Shown here: positions 16,238 to 25,275 of the stretch, in pieces
Position numbering within the stretch: the stretch's first letter is position 1
Layout: every line of letters starts with the position of its first letter
DNA from: a virus
Lineage: Duplodnaviria; Heunggongvirae; Uroviricota; Caudoviricetes
Virus record (IMG/VR): IMGVR_UViG_2913177423_000001
Span: 19,415-83,414 of that record
Direction: 5' to 3' (one strand)
Length of the DNA: 64,000 bases
Program-made: the position numbers and the translations under genes
Notes under the pieces: generated by a model
Seen by the model: the letters and a program-made list of their open reading frames with translations, nothing else
Told to the model about the DNA's origin: nothing
The model's database searches: none

Positions 16238-17321
16238 GAGCAATATTTATAAAGATCCGCGCTGGCTGTCGCTGGTGGAGAAATATAAAGACAATTGGGT
16301 ACTGGCAGCAAAAGAATTGTTTGATATTGATTTAAGCCACCAGCAACAACAAATTGTTGAAGCTATACAGCCCAATAATGCAAAAGCTACTGTCACCACT
16401 CCGCATGGGATCGGACGACCGCAAGTGCTTGCTGTTATTAGTACCCTTTATACGATTATGTATCCTGATTCCCGGACAGTAATTGTTTATCCAAAATCAA
16501 ATGCTTGCAAAAGAGGAATTGTTGCATATGTGTGGCAATGTTGGGAGGCATTGCTGAAAAAACAACCTTTTATCATTGAGTATTTTAAGGTCGGTGATAG
16601 CGGTCTGATGTTCAATGAATTTTGGGGAATGTGCTTTTGTAACTACCGCCTTAACTATGAAGATAGCATTGCAGGTCACTACGCCGACCATCTTTTATTC
16701 ATTATTGTGGATTCCGCACATATCAGCGATCGGGCATACAGTATTGTGTGGGCAAGCATGACTAGTGGTGATTCACGCATATTGCTCACTTCAATTCCGT
16801 CACCAGAGGAAATAGGCTTTTTTTATGATTCACATCATGGACGTGCTTTAGCTGAAGATAATCCGAGTGGTGTCTATAAAGCCATTAAGCTGAGTGCTGA
16901 GGATTCACCATTTATTACCCAAGAATATCTTGATCATTTTGCCGAAAGGTATGGCGGGCGAAATAGTGATGACTATCGTCGTATGATTCTTGGTGAGTTC
17001 CCTGGTATTAGGGAGGCTGTTCTTGAATCAGATATGCCGAAGACAATGCGCTTTTCGATGCCTGATGGTAGTGAATGGACAATGCCATTACGAGTGATAG
17101 CCCGGCATCATGCGCAGCACCACGCCAAAAAACATAGCGTCACGACATTAGAATGGTTGAAATCGCACACTATTCCACTCTTCACTGCAGATCACAATGC
17201 TATCGTTGAGTGGGCCAAAACAATTCCGTGGGAGCATGTCGCTGAATACGCTCACATGCTAAAACCGCCGAAAGACAGACACGAAATTAGCTGGCTGACA
17301 GCCGAAAAAATCATTGAATGA
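16227..17321 (+). CDS. degenerate terminase large-subunit ATPase-domain paralog
   Basis: homologous to PacB-like N-terminus (DPRW..QQQ..; YFYDSHH..DNP.G..SPF..YGGR) but Walker A is PHGIGRPQ, Walker B is FIIVDSAH (no Asp-Glu), no nuclease domain; start moved to ATG 16227. Confidence 0.6.
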   Translation: MVTKSNIYKDPRWLSLVEKYKDNWVLAAKELFDIDLSHQQQQIVEAIQPNNAKATVTTPHGIGRPQVLAVISTLYTIMYPDSRTVIVYPKSNACKRGIVAYVWQCWEALLKKQPFIIEYFKVGDSGLMFNEFWGMCFCNYRLNYEDSIAGHYADHLLFIIVDSAHISDRAYSIVWASMTSGDSRILLTSIPSPEEIGFFYDSHHGRALAEDNPSGVYKAIKLSAEDSPFITQEYLDHFAERYGGRNSDDYRRMILGEFPGIREAVLESDMPKTMRFSMPDGSEWTMPLRVIARHHAQHHAKKHSVTTLEWLKSHTIPLFTADHNAIVEWAKTIPWEHVAEYAHMLKPPKDRHEISWLTAEKIIE

Positions 17322-17330
17322 TATCAACAA

Positions 17331-17358
17331 AAAGCCCGCCTGGTCTGGCGGGCTTCTT
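17331..17358. terminator. bidirectional intrinsic terminator
   Basis: hairpin AAAGCCCGCC-TGGTCT-GGCGGGCTT plus T-run, between convergent genes. Confidence 0.7.
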
Positions 17359-17359
17359 T

Positions 17360-17749
17360 TCATAACACAGGGCAATCGTCAAATTCCCCACTCCGGGCAT
17401 CATTGATGATGTGGGTGATCACGCCAAACACAGCATTGCTGCCTGTATATCCATCGTCATCCTTCGGCAACGCTTCCTTCTTGCCGGATCTTAAATCCTC
17501 CAGGTGCTGATGCGGATGCTTCCGGTATCTCTTTACGCGATATTCCCCCTCTATAGCACATACAAGCAGCGAACCATCAACTGGAGTGAGTGAGGAATCG
17601 ACCACAAGCAACGCTCCTTGCAATATGCCTTCGCGGTAATGGCTGTCAGCCGCCCGCATGAAGTAGGTGGCTGATGGATGCCTGATTAGGTGCTGATCAA
17701 GAGATATGCGGCGTTCAGCGTAATCCGCCGCAGGAGAAGGGAAGCCCAT
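17360..17749 (-). CDS. humD: UmuD-prime homolog (HumD-like, S24 LexA/UmuD family)
   Basis: 129 aa; UmuD-like core GSLLVCAIEGEYRVKRY ... AVFGVITHII; LexA box directly upstream. Confidence 0.8.
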   Translation of the reverse strand: MGFPSPAADYAERRISLDQHLIRHPSATYFMRAADSHYREGILQGALLVVDSSLTPVDGSLLVCAIEGEYRVKRYRKHPHQHLEDLRSGKKEALPKDDDGYTGSNAVFGVITHIINDARSGEFDDCPVL

Positions 17750-17767
17750 AGCGTTTTCACCTCTAAA

Positions 17768-17787
17768 TACTGTTTATATATACAGTA
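17768..17787. promoter_or_regulatory. LexA (SOS) box TACTGTTTATATATACAGTA
   Basis: CTGT-N8-ACAG palindrome about 19 nt upstream of humD start. Confidence 0.7.
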
Positions 17788-17847
17788 TACATTAAAGAGG
17801 CTTGAAGTGTGCAATAGAGCGATGCTTTGCGCTCGCCTGGTGGCGCG

Positions 17848-18099
17848 TTATTTTTTGGCTATATCATCTTTCTGATATACCGGATCGTTCCCTTTTGGCA
17901 GCTGGAGGCTTAACTGCCGGTAGTGCCGTAGCCGTTCCATGAAATAGGTGCGCAGGTTCTCCGGCTGCTCACGGGCTACCTGTTCCGCTATGACGGGTAT
18001 GTTCAATCGCTCTTTGTAGGCTACGCCGCTGGCAGCAAGATCTACGTTTACCTTGTCTCGCTCTTCCTGATTTTTAGCCGCAATATTCCAGTCTGACAT
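17848..18099 (-). CDS. hot: DNA polymerase III theta-subunit homolog (Hot-like)
   Basis: [36 protein letters not shown] aligns with E. coli HolE. Confidence 0.8.
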   Translation of the reverse strand: MSDWNIAAKNQEERDKVNVDLAASGVAYKERLNIPVIAEQVAREQPENLRTYFMERLRHYRQLSLQLPKGNDPVYQKDDIAKK

Positions 18100-18120
18100 A
18101 AAATAGCCCTAATTTATTGA

Positions 18121-18567
18121 TTAGTGTTCATCCCAGGGAGACATATCCGGAAGGGTATCAACAATACGGAATTTACCGGGATAACGGTATCTACAGCCCG
18201 CCTGAGTCCATACAGTAACGACAAATCCCCCGCCCTGTTCATCTTCAGGTAGCAGGCGATCTGCTTGCTCGGAAACCATGTGGACCACAAAAGGAGCATC
18301 ACTACCGTCTTCGAATAGCACCTCAAGGGCGTCCCGGCCTTCCAGGCTACCTCTGCTGATGATGACATATTCTGCACCGCGCATTTCTTTCAACAAATGC
18401 TTTGCGGAGTCAGGCACAAGCAACCTGGCTGCGCCAGCGTTCCACGAGAGATACACATATCCAGCTCGTGCATTTTCTGACTTCCAGTAGTCAGTTTCCT
18501 TTAACGCCTGACCTTCGTTCTTAATGAAAAACATAAAAACTCCCTTTTCAAATTTTCGAGTAAACAA
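18121..18567 (-). CDS. hypothetical protein (148 aa)
   Basis: ORF in minus-strand array; start uncertain. Confidence 0.5.
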   Translation of the reverse strand: MFTRKFEKGVFMFFIKNEGQALKETDYWKSENARAGYVYLSWNAGAARLLVPDSAKHLLKEMRGAEYVIISRGSLEGRDALEVLFEDGSDAPFVVHMVSEQADRLLPEDEQGGGFVVTVWTQAGCRYRYPGKFRIVDTLPDMSPWDEH

Positions 18568-18616
18568 CTTAGCGCGGAATCAGTATTCGCCCCAAGATGT
18601 AAAAAGTCCACCAGCG

Positions 18617-18889
18617 TTATGGTTCGCATTTCCATATGGTGTTCTGAACGCCAGTACCGGGCGCGAGATGGGGGTTAGCGTTCGCGCTATGCTGATATAC
18701 GGCTTTAGACTTTCCATATTGCTGACAGGCTTTATCTGCGGTTTTTTGCAGGCTATCCAGCCCATACCAGCCATCTGACTGAATGCTTACCTTTTCACCG
18801 TCGTTGTATTGCACCATCGCACACCCGGACATAGCCAACATCGCACCGACAATAACGCTTTTCCATAAAACTCTATGCAACATATACAA
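18617..18889 (-). CDS. putative lipoprotein (signal peptide with lipobox LAMSGC)
   Basis: N-terminal hydrophobic signal and Cys lipobox. Confidence 0.5.
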   Translation of the reverse strand: MYMLHRVLWKSVIVGAMLAMSGCAMVQYNDGEKVSIQSDGWYGLDSLQKTADKACQQYGKSKAVYQHSANANPHLAPGTGVQNTIWKCEP

Positions 18890-18952
18890 AAATCCCCTCT
18901 GTGAATTAAGGGGATTTTAACATGGTGATCGGATATCAGCTTTATCCGGAAT

Positions 18953-19705
18953 TTAATCAGCCTCCAGTGGCAATAACGCCTTAGCCATTTCATGAATCAG
19001 CATGGCATCAATGACGCCTAGCGTATGGCCCGGCTTAATCTTTAATGCGGCCTCAAGATAGCCTCTTTCCAGAGTGGTTTTTACGCTTTTCCTGGGCGCT
19101 TGTTGGGGACTATCCGGAAGATCCGGATGGTTGCCAGCCTCATAAGCTACCCGCAACCAGTGCATGAATGTTTCCGCAGACACACAACCACAGTCCACAT
19201 CGATTTTCCCGCGTTGCTGTTCCAGCCATTGCTCAAAATCTAACTTGCAAGCCTTACTTTCAAGTTCATCACCATTGAACTCGACTTTCTGCGACGCTAT
19301 GAGAGCGGCTTCGTACTGTTCGCGAGAGACAACTGACTGGTATTCATCGCTATCAAGGTCACGAATTGGAAGCTCAATCTCACGACAAAAATTCCGCCCA
19401 TAGAACTGGTCTTTTTTGTGGTCTGAGCCAAAAGCAAAAGTCGCGCATGGCGCCATTAAATTGACACTGAGTATGTGACAATAACTCATGCCATCAGGCC
19501 ATCCGCCGCACTTAGGCAACTCCTTCACTAATAAGTCGATCAGCTTCATTGTTTTACCATCTTTGCAAGTCGCCAAAGCCATTTGAGCAAGCGCCAATAC
19601 TTCATCTGCCGTATATCCAGCACCGTGACCATACATTTCTATTCGGGAAATAATCTCTGATATACGCTCTTTATTGATTCTGATCATAGTTCTATTTCCT
19701 TGCAT
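18953..19705 (-). CDS. hypothetical protein (about 245 aa)
   Basis: long minus-strand ORF; start may be internal ATG at 19687. Confidence 0.55.
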   Translation of the reverse strand: MQGNRTMIRINKERISEIISRIEMYGHGAGYTADEVLALAQMALATCKDGKTMKLIDLLVKELPKCGGWPDGMSYCHILSVNLMAPCATFAFGSDHKKDQFYGRNFCREIELPIRDLDSDEYQSVVSREQYEAALIASQKVEFNGDELESKACKLDFEQWLEQQRGKIDVDCGCVSAETFMHWLRVAYEAGNHPDLPDSPQQAPRKSVKTTLERGYLEAALKIKPGHTLGVIDAMLIHEMAKALLPLEAD

Positions 19706-19908
19706 GGTTCGCCTTTACGGCACACAGTAGCGCGATCATTTCTCACATTAACCACTGTCACCGTCCCATCATCACATTGAGTAACAATGAAAGGGTATTC
19801 GCTCTCTTTTATGCAATGTTGCTGTTCTCCAGCCGTTACAACAAAGGGGATTAATAAAGTCAAAAGCACTGCTAATTTACTAAATGTAGCCATAGCGATC
19901 GTTACCAT
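19684..19908 (-). CDS. hypothetical small secreted protein
   Basis: N-terminal signal-like hydrophobic segment; Cys-rich mature part. Confidence 0.4.
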   Translation of the reverse strand: MVTIAMATFSKLAVLLTLLIPFVVTAGEQQHCIKESEYPFIVTQCDDGTVTVVNVRNDRATVCRKGEPCKEIEL

Positions 19909-20108
19909 AACTTTCCTCCTGACTCAAAGTCAGCTATAAGCCAGGCTGCAAAAAGCGGAAACCCGCTCCAAAAACCACACGCCTCCGTACCCCATGTCAC
20001 ACCACCAGCCAACAAAACAAATAAACCGCAAAAGCATACAAACAAAAAAGTAATCCAAATTTCTTTCTGTTTTTCATTATGGTTGACTCCAGTTATCTTC
20101 AATAACAA
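19902..20108 (-). CDS. hypothetical small membrane protein
   Basis: hydrophobic ORF filling gap in tightly packed array; weak. Confidence 0.3.
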   Translation of the reverse strand: MLLKITGVNHNEKQKEIWITFLFVCFCGLFVLLAGGVTWGTEACGFWSGFPLFAAWLIADFESGGKLW

Positions 20109-20370
20109 TACTTAACCTCTGAAGCCATTCAGCTAATTTCAACATGGCTTCTCTTTCGCTTAAACCACGCGGAAAATCATCAAGCGAAATTGCTGGCTTG
20201 ATGATCCCCGAATTATCCATTTCAACGGTCAGATTTTGCTCCAGCACGGTATTCCTTACGCGGCTATTGTGCCGAAGCAAATATACTGAACGTGATTTAT
20301 TGGTTTTGTGGTCGAACGTATATTCGGTAAGTATCATCTGGCTTCCGCCATGATTATTACCGCGCCACAT
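20077..20370 (-). CDS. hypothetical protein (97 aa)
   Basis: ORF in operon array. Confidence 0.4.
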   Translation of the reverse strand: MWRGNNHGGSQMILTEYTFDHKTNKSRSVYLLRHNSRVRNTVLEQNLTVEMDNSGIIKPAISLDDFPRGLSEREAMLKLAEWLQRLSIVIEDNWSQP

Positions 20371-20382
20371 AATTACTCCGTG

Positions 20383-20799
20383 TTAATAAGAGAAATAGAC
20401 CGTTGCAACACTGTTATATTGGTCGAACGAAATAGCATTTACTTCATAGCTGGTGGGCAGCTTCTTACCAAGAATGTAGCCTGGCCATGAGTTCCACGGA
20501 ATTTCTGCACGGTCGTCGTCTTGCCACATTACGCAACCAAGAGAGCCAACCATTTCACCATATCGCTTGCCACAAGTAACAAAGCCGATATTCGGCTTTT
20601 CTTGTGTTACTGATACCGTGGTGGTATTGGCAGATGCATTGATTGCAGTACGCCGCGCTTGCTCGCTAGCGATAGAAGCATTTACTGCCGCCGTGGTCGC
20701 TGCTGTTGCCGCCGCTCCAGCGGCAATAACTGACGCGTGGGATAAATGACTGGCTGATAACATAGCCAGAAAAATAATAGCTCTTTGAAATTTAGCCAT
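20383..20799 (-). CDS. hypothetical secreted protein (signal peptide, Ala/Thr-rich linker)
   Basis: N-terminal signal-like segment IIFLAMLSASHLSHA. Confidence 0.5.
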   Translation of the reverse strand: MAKFQRAIIFLAMLSASHLSHASVIAAGAAATAATTAAVNASIASEQARRTAINASANTTTVSVTQEKPNIGFVTCGKRYGEMVGSLGCVMWQDDDRAEIPWNSWPGYILGKKLPTSYEVNAISFDQYNSVATVYFSY

Positions 20800-21073
20800 T
20801 GATATTCACCTTTATTGCGTACACCTTTACCGGATTCTCTCCAAAGTGCGGATGTGTAATTGTCTTTATTTCATACCCTTCATACGGGACGTCTATTCTG
20901 CGACTGGAGTCGTCGCGCTTCGGATATCCCCTTGTGATAATCAGGCGGTCATACTCCCGGAACATAATTCGCTTATTCCAGTAGTCATTACACAGGCGAT
21001 ACTCTTCCGTTTTCTCTCCGCGAATGATGGCATCGAAGTATTCACCTTTAACGGCAAGTTGCAGGTTAGCCAC
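20792..21073 (-). CDS. ASCH/DUF3850-like domain protein
   Basis: GTG start 6 nt after AAGGAG RBS; LAVKGEYFDAIIRGEKTEEYR resembles ASCH/DUF3850 N-terminus. Confidence 0.45.
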   Translation of the reverse strand: MANLQLAVKGEYFDAIIRGEKTEEYRLCNDYWNKRIMFREYDRLIITRGYPKRDDSSRRIDVPYEGYEIKTITHPHFGENPVKVYAIKVNING

Positions 21074-21575
21074 GGTTAACTCCTTGCTGTGTGGCGTCGA
21101 GTAATAAATCCCACAACCGCTGAGAGCAATTTCCGCATGTACAGCGTTGACCCACAACGTTTATCGCGTTGCTGATTTCCGGCGTTACCTGTTTAGGAAC
21201 CATAACCCAACCATCCGGAGTTACCGGAGAGTTGCGCATTGCGACCTTTAATGCCTCATAGAAGCAACTTTTCAGATTGTTGAACTGACGCCCATTTAGA
21301 GGGCCGTGTTCAGTCAGCATGTTGTGTAATTTCCATGCCGCGTCGTTTACTTCGTTGGATGACAGGGGAGGCAGCTTGTAAGCCTGGCTTACAGGCTCGT
21401 CACCATTAAGCATGGCAGCGCGGAGTTTCTGTATCTCCCGTGCCATTATTGCGTCCTGACGAGGAGTGAACATATCACCTGCAATAATTCTGTTTAGTTC
21501 CTCGTCAGTGAACTCATAATCATCAGGAACATTGTTAACCTCAGCATAAAGAGGCTTTTTGGTAGAAATGGTCAT
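21066..21575 (-). CDS. hypothetical protein (169 aa)
   Basis: ORF in operon array, stop overlaps downstream start. Confidence 0.5.
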   Translation of the reverse strand: MTISTKKPLYAEVNNVPDDYEFTDEELNRIIAGDMFTPRQDAIMAREIQKLRAAMLNGDEPVSQAYKLPPLSSNEVNDAAWKLHNMLTEHGPLNGRQFNNLKSCFYEALKVAMRNSPVTPDGWVMVPKQVTPEISNAINVVGQRCTCGNCSQRLWDLLLDATQQGVNRG

Positions 21576-22198
21576 CGTAAAACACCCTCCACACTTACCA
21601 GTCCGTTCCGCAAAAGATAATCCATCGCCCTATCTGGTAATTTGCAATCAGGTTTTGCTTTTTTCAGTTGGCTGACCAATTGTTTAACCAGCATTGTTAA
21701 TTCGATAACCTGGTAGCGCGGCAATGGTGAATTATCGGATTTGTCCTGACTGTCTGCGCTGCATGAATGCCCTTCCAGCCAAGCCAATGCTTGTCGCATG
21801 AAATACGCAATATGTTTGCCGTGGTAATCGTCTTCATCGATGTGAAAAGCGATACTGCGGATGTATTCAATTGCGTTTTCAATGGCCTCCGGCGTTATCG
21901 GCGCTGACATATTTTGATTTTGGAATGCCAAGACGCGGCTGGCATCCTCAACACCTTTAACTGCATCTGCGCAGTAGTTATAGCGATTGCATTCCACTAA
22001 CTTCTGCTTGAGATTTTCAATTGCTTGCGCGATTTTATCCGGCACTGGCGGTTCTGCCCGGCCTTTCCAGCCTTCCCACATGGCAGCCATCATCACGAAC
22101 CAGGTGTTTCCACAGCCATCTTTTTTGTTATCAAAGAACCAGTCAGCGAACTCTAGGCTCATGCCATTTTGTTCTGCTATTTCATATCGATTATCCAT
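21572..22198 (-). CDS. hypothetical protein (208 aa) sharing a C-terminal module with ORF 25272-25895
   Basis: C-terminus LPDRAMDYLLRNGLVSVEGVL parallels LPNDAMNYLKSCGVVSEDAV. Confidence 0.55.
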   Translation of the reverse strand: MDNRYEIAEQNGMSLEFADWFFDNKKDGCGNTWFVMMAAMWEGWKGRAEPPVPDKIAQAIENLKQKLVECNRYNYCADAVKGVEDASRVLAFQNQNMSAPITPEAIENAIEYIRSIAFHIDEDDYHGKHIAYFMRQALAWLEGHSCSADSQDKSDNSPLPRYQVIELTMLVKQLVSQLKKAKPDCKLPDRAMDYLLRNGLVSVEGVLR

Positions 22199-22213
22199 TG
22201 TTCATCTCCTTGT

Positions 22214-22495
22214 TTAGCATGGCGGCGCGGCGTATAGCTTACGGGTCTGAACGCCTTCCCCAAGGCGTTTCTCTCCCTCGGCAAACCATTCGAAAGCACA
22301 TTCCCCGCAATCTTCCCATTCCCCCCATTCATCATTTTCTGCATCCCACTGGCGATACTGATATGCCACAGGCTCTGCTCCCAGCGATGCCAGCGCAATT
22401 TCATAAGCACGGCGCTCAATATTGTCTCTAACGTCCAGGCTACCGATTCGCTCTTTGATTTCTTTAATCAGTTCTTTGTCTGTAAAAGTGTTCAT
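22214..22495 (-). CDS. hypothetical acidic protein (93 aa)
   Basis: ORF in operon array. Confidence 0.45.
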   Translation of the reverse strand: MNTFTDKELIKEIKERIGSLDVRDNIERRAYEIALASLGAEPVAYQYRQWDAENDEWGEWEDCGECAFEWFAEGEKRLGEGVQTRKLYAAPPC

Positions 22496-22498
22496 AGG

Positions 22499-22687
22499 TT
22501 ATCCTCTAAGTGCCACAACGCGCACTTCCGGGTCAAAGGATGATGAATTTTCATCTGTAATATCAGCGACATGGACTACGAAATCGTTATAGTCACCCTC
22601 TGATTGGTCATAGCCCTGCCAGACCACGACAGCCTCAGGAGGCATTTTTCTGAGCTTGCTGATTAACTGCCTCACTGTCAGTGACAT
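22499..22687 (-). CDS. hypothetical small protein (62 aa)
   Basis: start moved to ATG abutting upstream stop (ATGA overlap). Confidence 0.4.
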   Translation of the reverse strand: MSLTVRQLISKLRKMPPEAVVVWQGYDQSEGDYNDFVVHVADITDENSSSFDPEVRVVALRG

Positions 22688-22688
22688 A

Positions 22689-23243
22689 TCACTCTCCTTT
22701 GATGCGAATGCCAGCGGCGCGGATAGATTTCCATTGTTCCCACATTCGGTTGAAGTCTGTGCCTGATAAGGTTGCGTTACGGTATCCAGTTTCGGTACGC
22801 AATCCTTCAAGCGTCGATTTGGAGATACAAATTGAATGCATTACCCATGATTCAAACAAATCACGCTCCCGAGCTTCGCAACTTTGCTTACTCATATATT
22901 CGATACGATCAGCCATCGCAGCGCACTCTTCAAAGTTGCTAAATGCCTTTCGCTCCCATTCAGCGCATTGTTTTCTAAGCTCTGCAATCAGCTTGTCTTT
23001 GCCTTCCAGCTCAACGCGCAGCTTCCCTACCGTTAGCGCAATATCCTCATTCTCCTGATCGCGGTGTTTGATGTATTGCTGGTTTCTTTCCCGTTCATCC
23101 AGAAGCGCTAGCACAATGTGTGGCGTTATCAAGGACTCAAATTCGGTAACAGCTTGCTCACCTCGCTTGTAATTCTTAATCCCACCTAAATTTTTCGCGT
23201 TCTGTGCCGCCTCACGCAGTGCCTGGTAATTAATTTCGCTCAC
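22689..23243 (-). CDS. Ead/Ea22-like coiled-coil protein
   Basis: coiled-coil core KLRVELEGKDKLIAELRKQ shared with paralogs upstream. Confidence 0.5.
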   Translation of the reverse strand: MSEINYQALREAAQNAKNLGGIKNYKRGEQAVTEFESLITPHIVLALLDERERNQQYIKHRDQENEDIALTVGKLRVELEGKDKLIAELRKQCAEWERKAFSNFEECAAMADRIEYMSKQSCEARERDLFESWVMHSICISKSTLEGLRTETGYRNATLSGTDFNRMWEQWKSIRAAGIRIKGE

Positions 23244-23947
23244 TGGCTGCCTCCTTTGCGAAGCTCTGCGGCAAAGTCAGTGGCATGTTCACCGAGTAGT
23301 TTCCAGTTATCGCGTATATCAGATGCAAGCGACTGTTCGGATTTTGAGTTACATTTCTGTGCAAACATCTCCACCCCCTGCGCCCGCACTTCAGCCAGGA
23401 AAGCGCCAGTAGCAGGAGTGTCAATGCAAACACTGTCACGAAGGATGAAGAACGCATTAAGCATTCCTCTTTCTGGTACATCGTCCTGGCATTCCTCATA
23501 TGCAGCCAATGCATCCATCATTTTCTGACCGAATTGCGGAGGTTGTGCAGATTTCAGTGCTATATTCTCCGCCGCCAGCGTCGCGCGATTGCTCTCCAGT
23601 TCTGCAATGCGCTGTTTTGCGGCATCAAGTTCAATCGACAATTTTTCCAACTGCTCTTTATGCTTTTTGTATGCCTGATATGCGTGCCAGGACTGTCCTT
23701 TGCGCACACTTTCAGTAATATCAGAAATCTGTTCTGGTGTTAGCGTGGTCAGTGGCTGCGCCGGGAAAATCAGCACTTTCCCGGCATCCCAATCAAAACC
23801 CGCCTGAATTGACTGAACCTCAACTGATGGTGTTGAACCAATGCTACCTGGTGAATGGATAACAATCGCCATGTCCATATCACGATGCTGGCAGTGTTTG
23901 TTGGACAAGATACGATTCACCAACTCAGAAAATTTGGAAAATTTCAT
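23240..23947 (-). CDS. Ead/Ea22-like protein, paralog A
   Basis: [14 protein letters not shown] and [14 protein letters not shown] match paralog 24267-24968; start at ATG overlapping upstream stop. Confidence 0.55.
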   Translation of the reverse strand: MKFSKFSELVNRILSNKHCQHRDMDMAIVIHSPGSIGSTPSVEVQSIQAGFDWDAGKVLIFPAQPLTTLTPEQISDITESVRKGQSWHAYQAYKKHKEQLEKLSIELDAAKQRIAELESNRATLAAENIALKSAQPPQFGQKMMDALAAYEECQDDVPERGMLNAFFILRDSVCIDTPATGAFLAEVRAQGVEMFAQKCNSKSEQSLASDIRDNWKLLGEHATDFAAELRKGGSQ

Positions 23948-24270
23948 GCTGATTCCCTTTGCTCTTCTTGGATAATGTTGTTGCAATCTTTCACGCACTC
24001 GTCACAGATGAAAACGTTGTCCCCGGCAATTAACTTTTTGACGGTGTGCTGGGATTTATTGCAGAAGCTGCAATAAAGCGTTGGACTGGCTGATACGGAT
24101 GGTGCTCCGGATGTCAGCCGCGCGATGTCGTCCTTGCGGCGCAACATCACACGGCAGCACTCAGCAAGTTTCTCCGGGGAGATTCCTTCCTCCGTGGCGA
24201 GTGCCTCCAGTCGTTCAAGCACGTGGAAGGCTTTTTCCTGGGTAAATGCAGAATGTGATATGGCCATCAT
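23944..24270 (-). CDS. small protein with C-terminal ClpX-type zinc-binding domain (C4 zinc ribbon)
   Basis: [39 protein letters not shown] closely matches ClpX N-terminal ZBD. Confidence 0.65.
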   Translation of the reverse strand: MMAISHSAFTQEKAFHVLERLEALATEEGISPEKLAECCRVMLRRKDDIARLTSGAPSVSASPTLYCSFCNKSQHTVKKLIAGDNVFICDECVKDCNNIIQEEQRESA

Positions 24271-24968
24271 CTCTCCCCTTCAAAGTTCGGGCGCAGGCAG
24301 GATTGTCCTTTACGAAGCAGGGCTGCGAACCTGTCAGCCGCATCCGCGCAAGCAGAAGCAACGGAATCAAAAAATGGATCATCTCCGGTATCGCGCATCG
24401 TCAAAGCGAATGCCTCCAATCCCTGAGCCTGTATTTCTACAAGATAAGCCTCAGATATAGTGCTTTTCGCTTCACCTAACTCGTTATGAGCTATGTTCGC
24501 TACACATGCGATGTCTATATCTGGATGATTAATTGGGAGATGGCTAAGAATTGCCTCAAGTGCTGCTTTTTTGTTTTGGCATTCCGCCACCAGCGCCCCG
24601 CTATTGCTTTCCAGCTCTGCAATACACTTTTTAGCGGCCTCCAGCTCAACACGCAGCTTCTCAAGCGTTAGGGCCATCTCCACTTTCTCGTCCAGCAGTT
24701 CAATCACATCAGGATCGCTACCATCAACTACTGATATGCGCGAATTTTTGTAATGCTCGTCAGCATAAGTTCGTCCAGTTTTGAAGCGTCCGTCAGCCTC
24801 CATGCCGGAACAGGCATAAACAACATGTGATCCAGATATGCGTTCCATTGACATTTCCTCGCCACAAACAGAGCATTTAGGCGCTGGTTTCGGTGAATAA
24901 CGTTCACGTAACGGATAGTAAAGCTCGATCTCCGCCAGTTGCTCTGGCGTTAAACCTTCAGACTTCAT
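24267..24968 (-). CDS. Ead/Ea22-like protein, paralog B (N-terminal Cys4 zinc ribbon)
   Basis: CSVCGEEMS...YACSG motif plus [14 protein letters not shown] coiled coil. Confidence 0.55.
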   Translation of the reverse strand: MKSEGLTPEQLAEIELYYPLRERYSPKPAPKCSVCGEEMSMERISGSHVVYACSGMEADGRFKTGRTYADEHYKNSRISVVDGSDPDVIELLDEKVEMALTLEKLRVELEAAKKCIAELESNSGALVAECQNKKAALEAILSHLPINHPDIDIACVANIAHNELGEAKSTISEAYLVEIQAQGLEAFALTMRDTGDDPFFDSVASACADAADRFAALLRKGQSCLRPNFEGER

Positions 24969-25275
24969 GCACTCTCCTTTCGAAATAAACGTACTGATTA
25001 ATCATGCCCAGGGGCATTTCGAGTTTTTCCGCGATCTCACGGCGGGGAACGCCACACTGATGAAGCTGCCGCGCCAGCTCTATATCGCTCTGCCGATATT
25101 TGGCTGACTGGTGAAAGTCACCTTTCAGAATCATTCTGATCCCCAGTTCCCGCGCTTTAGTCCTGACAGCATCTCCGGTACGCCCGATCAGCCTCCCGAT
25201 ACTCTCGACTGTCATAGTTCCGGCGCACTGGCGGAGTATCATGATTTCTGCCCTTCTCCATCCCCGCCATCTCAC
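24958..25275 (-). CDS. putative HTH DNA-binding protein
   Basis: two HTH-like segments (TMTVESIGRLIGRTGDAVRTKARELG; GVPRREIAEKLEMP). Confidence 0.5.
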   Translation of the reverse strand: MRWRGWRRAEIMILRQCAGTMTVESIGRLIGRTGDAVRTKARELGIRMILKGDFHQSAKYRQSDIELARQLHQCGVPRREIAEKLEMPLGMINQYVYFERRVHEV

